Below, in pieces: positions 54,086 to 64,000 of a DNA stretch of 64,000 nucleotides. This stretch comes from Bigelowiella natans CCMP2755 (lineage: Eukaryota; Protista; Cercozoa): NCBI GenBank assembly GCA_000320545.1, contig ADNK01003452.1, positions 6,101 to 70,100 of the forward strand. The letters run 5' to 3'. The stretch's first letter is position 1; each line of letters starts with the position of its first letter. The notes under the pieces were generated by a model that worked only from the letters and a program-made list of their open reading frames with translations, was not told the origin of the DNA and ran no database searches. The position numbers and the translations under genes are program-made.

Positions 54086-54745
54086 ATCCATATGTGTGTG
54101 TGTGTGTGTGTGTGTGTTGTCTGTTTTCTTTATCGGTACCTTACATGCTGCTAATAGAAGTAGTATTTGCTACCAACACATTCTTGGATTGCTCATTCAC
54201 CTTGTCTTTATAAGTAATTAATAACTCATATTTGAAGAATTACCGGTTGTGGTCGGTGGATTCTCACAAGGTTAGTATTATGCATATTTCAATTTTTTTT
54301 GCATCTTTCAGTAAAAGAAATCTAAGCTAAAATTGAATTCCCTACTTTGGCAATACATTCTTCTTATACCCATTTTACTATAAGGTGGTCATATGGCAAT
54401 GCACGTTGCTCTCAACGATTGTTCCAACAGCAACTATAATAGCACCGGTAGTTGTAGTAAAAAGGACAACAACAGTAGCACCAGCAGCAGCAAGTTGGAA
54501 AGCGGCAACCCTAGAAAGAATATCCAATCCTGGTATGTCTGGGGTTCTAAATAATCTACGCCACAGTGCACACATGTGATACTTAAATGGTGAGATGATG
54601 ATGATGATCAGAAGCTGCAAATGTTTTCCTACTACTTCCTAGCATTAAAGGTTGTTTCGTCATGTCATCGTACCTCCACGACGACTCAAACATCTACAAA
54701 ATCTTCTCAAACGAAAACATATTGCCAGGTCTCTCTCTCTTTATT

Positions 54746-54784
<39 letters not shown>

Positions 54785-55336
54785 TAATGGTGACTTGATG
54801 AGGCCTGCTGTAAAGGGATGGGTATCTTCTGTGGTCGATCCTTTACTACTACTACTAAATAATGTGGATAGATAATAATGTCTTTTGTGCTCGATCCTTT
54901 ACTACTACTACTAAATAATGTGGATAGATAATGTCTTCTGTGGTCGATCCTTTACTACTAAATGATGTGTATACGATACCCCCTTTGCACATTAAGACGC
55001 TACTGCTGCTACTACTGCAGCTCAAGTTGTATTGACATCATCATTGTCATCATCATCATCGTCATCATCATTATCGTCGTCTTATTACATCTCTACTGGT
55101 CTACCATACTTACACAGAAGTCAAGCTTCCACTTCTAATGACACATGGAACGGTATAACATAGAAGTGTTCGTATAATATCGATGAAGGCAAGAACGGAT
55201 TTATAGAATAAAGGAAGAGGGAGGATAATATATTTAGATCTGTGAAGCTCGTTATTTTCACGAGCACAGAAATTCTACGGAATGAAATTGAGGATTTGGT
55301 TTCTCCGCATTGTTCATTTTTGGAAATATCTAACAA
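53200..55336 (-). CDS. Hypothetical multi-exon gene
   Basis: Minus-strand coding-like blocks DISKNEQCGETKSSISFRRISVLVK, INPFLPSSILYEHFYVIPFHVSLEV, LAICFRLRRFCRCLSRRG, TPDIPGLDILSRVAAFQL and ORF 53430-53849; chain not resolved. Confidence 0.35.
54825..54970. repeat. ~53-56-bp minisatellite, about 2.7 copies
   Basis: tcttctgtggtcgatcctttacta(cta)naa(a)taatgtggatagataat repeated at ~54825, ~54881 and ~54934. Confidence 0.85.
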
Positions 55337-55646
55337 TTCAGCGTGATAGGATGATTTCGAGCAAATGGGGTGAAAAAACGGCGAAGAAACTCAAGGATGT
55401 TGGGTAGTAGTAATTGCACCTCCTCTGTTTTTTATTTTGTTTATAAAAACATCGATATCGACTTTCATTGATACCTCATATAATAAAGACCCCTATGTTA
55501 TTTTTAGGTTGGACGTGCGATTTAAATTAATTGATGGTATAACCTCCATCCAACTCGTAGAATAACGAGAACAATCTTTGAAATGGGATAGCCATTTATG
55601 TAACAGTCGAAATTGTTTACCTACAAGGGAATAAAACGTTTTCTGT

Positions 55647-55690
<44 letters not shown>

Positions 55691-55899
55691 GTGTGTGTGT
55701 GTGTTCTGAACAACATCACGACATGTCATCGACGATTGTCCGATGACCGTATCTTTTCTACTCAACGTAAGAGGGCGAGGGAGAAGGAGGGAAGTGTCCA
55801 CTTTTCACATTTCTCTCGTGCTTCATTGTTTGGTGTTGCAGGCACGGAGCATGCTTTGTGCCCGAGTTCCCTTGATGAAGTGCTCAATTTCGTATTAGA

Positions 55900-57260
55900 T
55901 TCGTTCAGTATGTGATTGCTCAGCTTGTCACTCTAGCACTGCTAGACTGCAACGTGCGGACAACCAAATGCCCATCATCTTCTGCTAGTTCAGCTGGTTC
56001 AGCACGCCTAGCATCATGACTGACCGCATGTTCGCAATGGGTTCATCTGCACCTAGCATCACCAGATCATGATGGACTGCATTGCCAACACCATGATCAT
56101 GCTGGCAACCAGCATCACACATTGATTGCACGTTTTCAACTCTTTCAAGACATTGCCTTTCCCACAACGTGCTGGCATGGAAAATCAAAGCAGCGCGCAT
56201 AGCCTTCGGCACGTGTCAAACAATGATGATCTCGTGCCTGCTGGCCTGGCTAGCCAGCTAGCTGGCCACAGCAGCCACACCGCACGTTGCGTTGAATTGC
56301 GAAAGGTCGAACGTGCTGAACAAAGCTGTGAGTGCGATGTTTTTGCAATGACAATCACCAAATCAGCGCGCACACTCTGGCACTGCTGGACTGGTGCACG
56401 TCTGGCACGCACCATCAAGCTGGACCACACGACAACTTTGAGCACAAGGAAGTTTTGCCAGTTTGTGCAGACTCTCAATTGGCAAGAACTGGAGAAGGAT
56501 CGAAAACTGGAAAAGGTTGCACGCTGCGACTCCAAGTGAAGCCCCTTCTCGCGCACCACAAGCCGTTCCAGCGTTGTGTCCACCACACACCACCAGACCG
56601 CCACACTCCGTGGCACTTGGGTGTCGCAGTTTGGAGAGCACCTGCAGAGGTGTGGAGGTGCTGGCATGGCTCCAAGGCTCCTCGTTCGCGTCAGAGTGAC
56701 ACGTGGCACTCTGAAGGGGACAAATCACTGTCAACAAGACCGTTCGAAACCTTGCAATGCAGCACGTGCACCAGCGCAGCACCAGTTGCTCTTGGCTTGC
56801 ACTTTGTTCGTTCGTTCTTTTGGTCAATTGCTCACTCGCTTGGCTTTTTCCCAACTCCCAAAAAGCTCCAGGTTCAAGAAAGGTTCAACAAGGTTCGTGT
56901 CCACATTGAAGTTCCAACGGGCACTAGCATCACAACCAACTCGATGCACCTCCACTGGATTGGAAAGCGTGCTAGCGGTGCAGCATGCAGGTGAGTGAAA
57001 ACAGGTCGAGGGTCCTCCATCGCTGTGTCTGAAATCCTGTTCAAGTTGATTCAGTTGCTGCCACTTGAACGACGAAATTGAGATGATGAGGTTGGTTGTG
57101 GCAGCAGACATTTGATGCACACCACTGGGCAACCGACAACTCTAAGACATTTCAGACTCAAAGACAATCTTTGTGTGCTATGCAAGGCAACTTCGTCACT
57201 GTCAAGTCGCATGTCTGAAATGCAATGTCAAAATTCATGGAATCTCATGCACATCACATC
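55900..57260. other. TpA-depleted island 3
   Basis: 55921-57120: 10 TA in 1200 bp, 9 in CTAG; no TA at all in 56261-56924 (664 bp); many overlapping Tyr-free ORFs on both strands. Confidence 0.9.
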
Positions 57261-57410
57261 CCAAAATATTTTTCGGCATATTACCAAAGCTGAAGAAGAG
57301 AGCAACGAGAGAGAATGAGAAAAAAGAGAGAGAAAGAGGAAAAAGAGGGACATATATAAGTACATGTACATGTATATACACACATACACACAAATACATG
57401 TACGTACACA

Positions 57411-57454
<44 letters not shown>

Positions 57455-57872
57455 AAGAGAAAGAGAAAGAGAAAGAGAAAGAGAAAGAGAGAGAGAGAGG
57501 TCGAGCAAACATGGGTGAGAGAGAAAATAAAAAATCGTAAGGGACAACATGGAATAAGTCCGAAATGTTGTCAGTCTCTTTATGTGTCTATTCTTTCAGA
57601 ATTGTGTCAAAAGTGGTTGAAAATGAACACAAATTGCCTACGTTTGTAAGATTCTTGGTACTTGATTATGTCACTTATTGGCAGCTGCCACCATTCTTCA
57701 TCGTTCACTTATTTCATTTACCTGCTGCCCCTTCCTTGCCTGCTGCCACAAAACCCAATAAAAAGTGGTAATAATTTCAGGGGTAGACACAGTCCCTTTT
57801 AATGCAATAAATCATTACTTGCTGAAAACCGAGCGACAACTTTCTTCGCATCCATCAATCAGAAAGTAGCAC

Positions 57873-60390
57873 ATGAACGAGGAGGTAAGCAACGTGGAGG
57901 ACGTGGAGCAAGTTGTTGTTTCTGATCATGATCCCAACATCATGAACGAACATCTGAAAGGGAACATCAATAATTCCAATGACGACGGTACCGATCACGA
58001 AATCATGGCTTCCTTCGACTCAGGAACTGACAATGCAGCTATTTCATCCACTAACAATGTTGATCAAGGCGCGACTGCAGAAGATACCATTCATTTCGAT
58101 CACACTCCGTCTTCTGGTCTCTGCGACCCTCATGGCAAAGATAGTTCATCGGTGATAATTCGCGAAGATTCTCGTGAGCAGAATGGTAATTTTAAAAAAA
58201 ACCTTCAATCTAACCTGATGGTATACTTATTACTTATTACTAATTTACCTGTGTGGGCAGGAAATTCCCATGCCACGCTGAACGGTCATAATGATAGAGT
58301 GGATGAAACCAAGAAAAATGAAGAATGCCTTCCTGGAGAATGCCTCCCTTCGGTATTGTTGGAGAGTACTGATGAAAAAGAAAATGTAATGATGTCATCA
58401 GCCATTCTCGGTGGAAAGGTAGTCAACCTTGATTATAAAGAAAAATGAGTTGAGTTTATTTGATGTACAGGCATATCAACAATTTCTTCGTTCGAATGCA
58501 AAGTTTTGAGGAGAATATTGATTACTTTGTTTTTTAGATTACTTCGGTTTTTAGAATCTAACCCTTCAGTATGTTAACAATAAATTACTTTTTTGTTAAT
58601 ACCAAAAAGATAATGGAGACAAACGATGATACCTTCAGTTCATTTACTGTAATGCAGCCAGAAAATAGAAAACGAAGAGCAGGAACTCATGCATATAAAT
58701 TAACTAACCCATTCATGAGCAATAACAAGCCAAAGAAACAAAGGAGGCCCCCACCATTGGTAAGCTAATCCATTTTTCACATGTAAGCGTTATTTGTTGA
58801 ATTTATGCAATTTTTCAGAAGGGCATCAACAGTATCCCAGCTCAAGTACTTCAGCAGGATCTCAGTGGCTTGGAGTTTGGAAAAGGAAATTCGAACCCAA
58901 TGTTTCAACAATCTCAGACTGCATTTGTTGCAAATGTCTTGAGATCGGATCCGCTCCTTCAAGTAACATCAGCATCAATTTTGAGTTCAGGAACAGCAGG
59001 GTCTGGAGCAGGTTCAGGGAAGACAGAAGCCAATTATAACACGGTATTACGGTATTTGAGTCTATACTCGTCCATTTTAAATTTTGATTATCCGCATATT
59101 TTTATGGCGGCTGAATTCAGTGAAAAATGTCTAAATATTTCAGCAAAACAAGTTTGCAACACTTTCTAGAATACAAGCACACATCACATCTCCAGAAGGG
59201 GCAATTCAAGCTATCACAAGGGGAAGATCCATTCAGGCCATTCGTCGCGGACGCTCAACATCTCAATCTGCCAAAGCATTCGCAAGTGAAGGGATTCCTA
59301 TTCATGTAGCGACATCGTACGCCAATGATCTTTATACAAATTCGATGGCGAGGCTTCAAATGCTACAGAGAACTGGCGCTCTACAACCTCAACAGGCATT
59401 TCTAGCCAGCACCTTGAAGAACCAACTAAAGGAGCAGATGAATCAGAGCATAACCAACAGCAATAGCACATCTACAACTTTGTCATCTGGAACCTCAAAA
59501 TCAAATGATGCTACGTTGCGCAGACTAGACAGCAGAAAGTCTCATCTTCAAGTAGCAGTCGTGAATACCGGAATGGGAAGTGTTCGTCGAATTTTCAAAG
59601 AGGACAGTGGCTCATTATGTACACATTTTTATTCATTAATATAACATATTCAAATTTGATTTTGTGTAACTCCATGTGTTCTTTTGAGAAAGTGGAAATT
59701 TCATACTAACACGGTGAAATACCTACGTACAGATGCTCAAGAGGTGCCCCTTGCTAAGCAGCAGACAAAGCTGGAGATTCTCAGCCGGAAACAGCATCAA
59801 TGCCAAATATGCAAAAAATGCTTCACCACAAACGGAAGTCTGAGGATCCACTACCGTGTACATACAGGATACAAGCCACACGCATGTCCATACTGTCCAA
59901 AAAGGTAGATAATATCTTCGCTGCAAACTGTGAACTTAGTCTAGGTTTAAAGGGGGTTTAACCTTTCCTTCGACTATCATAGGATGATTTTGACCGATCG
60001 GTTATCCCTTATACCCATCTAAACCGTACAGGTTCACACAAAGTGGCAATCTTTCAACCCACATTCGAACACATACAAGAGAAAGGCCGTTTGTGTGCGA
60101 AATCTGTTTGAAGACTTTCAGTCATAAAAGCAATTTGAACTCCCACATTCAGGTAAGTACACCCGCCATTTTGCAAAGTTTAATTGAAAGAGTGAAAACT
60201 CATTGACTTATATCCACAGACTCACTCTGGAGAACGTCCTTTCAAATGCCTAGAGTGTGGAAAGGGGTTTACACGAAAGAACAGGGTATTGAGCCACATG
60301 GCAACTCATAGAAAGGAAGAGGGTAATTCAAGAAAAACTTCGGATCCAGCTGGTGTCTCTGCGATTGAAATCAAACCTACAAATAAGTGA
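57873..60390 (+). CDS. C2H2 (Kruppel-type) zinc-finger protein with four C-terminal fingers, multi-exon
   Basis: HQCQICKKCFTTNGSLRIHYRVHTGYKP, HACPYCPKR|FTQSGNLSTHIRTHTRERP, FVCEICLKTFSHKSNLNSHIQ|THSGERP, FKCLECGKGFTRKNRVLSHMATH; GT-AG introns; TGA 60388-60390. Start 57873 is probable. Confidence 0.9.
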
Positions 60391-60699
60391 CACTAACAAT
60401 GCTCTAGCTTTAAATTAATTTTGACATTTTTTGCATTAAGTGGTACGTCAAAAATAATTAGCAGCTCTACATCACAGCTCCGGCCACAACTGCGGTCTAT
60501 GCAATGCTAAACTGGGAACATTCATCGCAAAGGATCATTGTGATAAAAGAGTACATGTGTTTACAAGTGTCGTTCCCTTTTTAAAGACTCCAATGTTTCC
60601 TAGCCTTTCTAGCTATTGGCGATCTCCACATGTATGAGATCAAATTATCACACATTTCCTACCTACCTCTGCGTATCTATGCTATACCATTTCAAGATC

Positions 60700-62100
60700 A
60701 ACATGTCTAGTGGTAGCCGCGGGGTCACACGACTAGACGAATGCATGTCTAGATGTCCATGAATGCCTAGATCTAGAGACATGAACAAGTGTAGCACGTC
60801 TGCCAGTGTGCGGAGCGCAGCAGAGCTCTAGAGCTAGCTAGTGTAGCTGTCTAGATGTGTGCACATGATGGCGCGACATGCATGTGGGATGCCGTCTCTG
60901 GAGCATGCGCACACCACTCTAGCACTAGCTAGCTAGACTGCTAGTGCACGACGGCATGCACTCATGCCTAGATGCGATTGCTAGCTAGCTGCTAGCTAGT
61001 GCGTGCTGATGCACACGATGTGAACAAATGCGACCCGCAGCTGCTCTAGCTAGCTGGCTAGCTGGTCTTCCGTGGCATCGCATCATCGCATCTAGGCATC
61101 CTAGCAGCATCTGGAGCATCACTAGATCAGAGCGAATCATCTCTCGTGCCATGTTGTCCCAGTGTCACCTGTCTAGCTAGCTAGCTGTCTTCAGACACGT
61201 TTGGGTCTAGCTAGCTAGGTGTGCCAGTGAGGTGCATGATGAAGGGGTCGTCGGGGAGGCTAGGGGGGACTGGCTGTCTTCAACACGTGCGCGCACTGCC
61301 ATGCACTGCTGTGGCTAGGTCTAGAGATGGACTCCAAAACTGCTGCTAGACTGCACCATGCCAGCATGGTGCTTGACTGCTTGATGTGGTGGACGCAGCA
61401 TCAATCGCCGTAGCACCAATGCTGACGCGGCATCAGTTGCAAGCTGCACTGGTGTGGCCTTTGTGGGCCGCAGCCATCACTAGATCAGTCACGCGCCGCG
61501 AGCTTTCGGTTTCGTTGGCCATGCAACGCCGGAAACAATGCAGACAATGTTGTGTGTGACACCGTGGCCCGAACACTTGAACTTCACATTGAAAACACAT
61601 GCACAAATTGCGTCGGCTGTCACGACACCTCCAGGCCTTCGACCCCACGCTAGAACGCGTAGCTGGCGCAGGCGACAACTAGATGACATTGACTGCAGCC
61701 ATGCCAGCATGCTTTGCTAGTTTAATCCAGATCTCGCTCTAGAAATGTGCGATGCGTGCACAACACGTTGTCTGGTTGTGGGATGTGGCACATCAGGGTT
61801 TGTTCACGTGTTGCACAAGTGAGCAGCGCTAGAGCGAGCACATCATGCGCGACAGACACATGCACGGAACATGGCGCGCAAGCATGCACATGTTGTACAA
61901 TGTAGTACATGTGATATTTTAGTATTCTGTAGTGTATGTGATATCACTGTGTCTATTATCTAGTTATCATCACGGGTGGACGTGACGTGCATCTCTAGAG
62001 CTGATGAGCACATGGAAGCATCGTGCTGTCATGCATAGCTATAGATAGATGGCAACCACTACTAGACTAGACTACGACACGATCATTTCATGTATTTAGC
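60700..62100. other. TpA-depleted, extremely CTAG-rich island 4
   Basis: 60721-61890: about 40 CTAG versus about 5 other TA (4 GTAG, 1 TTAA); many short (CTAG)n runs. Confidence 0.88.
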
Positions 62101-62339
62101 TCTAGAGCTCCTTTATCTGCAGCAGTTGCCATGTACTTGTTATGCATTTATAAGTGCCTAATCATGTACGCGATGAAATATGAATGTACGTGTATCTGAA
62201 GTTATTGCATTGTCTTAAAGGTAAATTTTCCCGTACATGCATTTCTCTGCATCATTGCAGCATTGGCTTGAAAACCGATGGCGCTATGCCCAGATATATG
62301 TCATGCTGCATTTTTCTTTTCTTTCCGCTTTTGTAAAAC

Positions 62340-62960
62340 TTCAAAATGGTGCATCATCCTCCTCTAAAGCTGCAACCAATCTGGCAAACACATTCATGAT
62401 TTAAATTTTGGACAATAAACGATGACGTATTTTAAAACTGACTTTCCATCTTTTTCTTCGACAGTGAAATCCTTCATGGTGCATTGATCTCCAGCACAGA
62501 GCATCAAGCTGATCTTAAAACCCTCTCCCTGAAACCAACAGGCGAGATTCAGAGGTAATTAGAATGTTGCCTCAGATAGAATCAGTGCATAGTCGGTGAT
62601 GTGGCCAAACAATAGCATTCGGAAAGTTTTTCGCAATAAGATGCTCCCATTAAATTATGGATCAAAATTTGAATCCTTATTTACAATTTTATCACCGAAA
62701 CCTCTGTAGAAACACTCATTGATTATAGATACTAACATCACTGTCCGTGGATTACTTACGTCTTTTTTGCATTCCTGCAAGCCTGTTACATGCCATTCCT
62801 TTCCTTCTTCCTCCTGGTAAAATGCTTCACACGCCTAAGTGGTAGTTTAAAGACTGCCTCATCACAGAAATGTAACTTCCAGTGACATTGGGAGAAATTA
62901 TTCTTTTGAGGTTTGCTTGATTATTTTTTCCGAGATGTGACCTTAACGGCATTCTTTTCC
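62340..62960 (-). CDS. Small hypothetical multi-exon gene
   Basis: Exon-like blocks with AG/GT ends: ACEAFYQEEEGKEWHVTGLQECKKD (~62760-62835) and GEGFKISLMLCAGDQCTMKDFTVEEKDGKSVLKY (~62428-62529). Confidence 0.4.
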
Positions 62961-63304
62961 GCTTCACTTAGTTTACTCAACTGTAATAATAAGATGCATC
63001 CATAAGTGTGTAATCATGACCTCAAACCTGGGAAGAGTTGAATCAAACACTTACAAAATCTTGGTCGGACATGGCTAAAGGAGCAACGCACGCAATTCGT
63101 GATCTGGGAACCGATTCTGAGACTCTGGAGATATTCGAGAGACGATCTCCGATTCCGAGACTGTTTATGTCTTTCCATATGGAATCTCGTCGTATTATCA
63201 TCTACGACAACAATATCCCGAGAGACTAACTAGCTAACTAATAAGCTAATTGACCAAGTGAGTGGCTCCTCAACAAACAAGGACGAGGAGGACAAGGAGG
63301 AGCA

Positions 63305-63745
63305 ATGTCGTCTAAGCGACCCAATCCGAATAAAGGTCCTGGCAGGAGTAGCAAAGTACAGAAGGTAAAGACTGAAAGAAACGAAGGCTCCATCACACTA
63401 GGCGACGTGAAAAAGCTGTTCCAGAGGACAGCAGGAGGCTATGTGAGCACGACAGATATAATGACTAGGTTCAACATACCGATGGATAAAGCCGTCAATT
63501 TAATAAACAAACTACTTAAGAGACACCGAGTCACACTATCGCAGAGTGCCTCAGGAGAGGCATATTACAAGTGGGTCGAAGGCGATGAACAAAACAAGAT
63601 GAAAAAGCGGCAAACAAAGATGAGAGGCCTTTCACAGGAACAGAAGATGCTTTACGAAGAGATTGAAGCTGCAGGAGACAAAGGTGATAAATTGAGTTGA
63701 TTTTTACATGTTTCAACTATATCTAGGATAAACTTACATTTATAT

Positions 63746-63808
<63 letters not shown>

Positions 63809-64000
63809 TAAGTCTTGTTCCTGTGTGTGTATTAGACCTGTGATTATTATTATTACATATCACTTCTTCTGCTGCCTGAGTCTGAATCGCTGGACGAAAC
63901 TATTAGTGTGTGGGAGGGTGAGTGGGCGTACCTCCGAAGAATGATAGTGCCAAATAATAATAATTGGCTCATCATCATGCACCACCATAATGGACGCAGA
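63305..64000 (+). CDS. RPC34: RNA polymerase III subunit RPC34/RPC6, 5' part (runs off the window)
   Basis: Exon 1 63305-~63682: winged-helix-like AVNLINKLLKRHRVTL...YKWV then MRGLSQEQKMLYEEIEAAGDKG, matching the RPC34 pattern L-s-eE-lvY-I-aGnkG(IW), followed by an intron. Confidence 0.8.

Noticed and set aside
54825-54970. Repeat units as a CRISPR-like array (also 32144-32232)
   Set aside because: Head-to-tail tandem copies without unique spacers, in eukaryotic intron-like context, with no cas genes.
56126-56998. Island 3 ORFs as a viral Rep, recombinase or real gene
   Set aside because: No diagnostic motifs found; open frames are explained by loss of TA-containing stops.
62340-62960. Cystatin-like identity for the small minus-strand gene
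   Set aside because: Only vague resemblance; no QxVxG motif recovered.
1-64000. tRNA/rRNA genes or telomeric repeats
   Set aside because: None recognised; the only tRNA-like sequence is the retroelement PBS.

Overview
Eukaryotic nuclear DNA from an intron-rich photosynthetic protist. The LPA1-like gene and leader-peptide-like first exons point to an alga, possibly a chlorarachniophyte (tentative). About 11 multi-exon genes are present, most with microsatellite-filled introns, so most six-frame ORFs are spurious. Recognisable genes: an RlmE/FtsJ-type rRNA methyltransferase, a PH-domain protein, an LPA1-like PSII assembly factor, a 4-finger C2H2 protein and the start of RPC34. Two things stand out. 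(1) Discrete intergenic islands (about 12.7-14.2, 46.3-47.5 plus 52.7-53.2, 55.9-57.3 and 60.7-62.1 kb, with a weak one at 35.3-35.8 kb) have almost no TpA except in CTAG, which is spared and in places enriched, while TG/CA is abundant. This looks like a localised TpA->TpG/CpA hypermutation process with polarity opposite to fungal RIP. (2) A young Ty3/gypsy element (47473-52666; 326-bp LTRs with no mismatch seen, AGCA TSD) sits inside one island and is itself unmutated. It has a DD(27)E integrase whose C-terminus resembles a degenerate DIRS-type Dam/N6-adenine methyltransferase domain. All counts and gene models were made by eye, and most gene ends are approximate.
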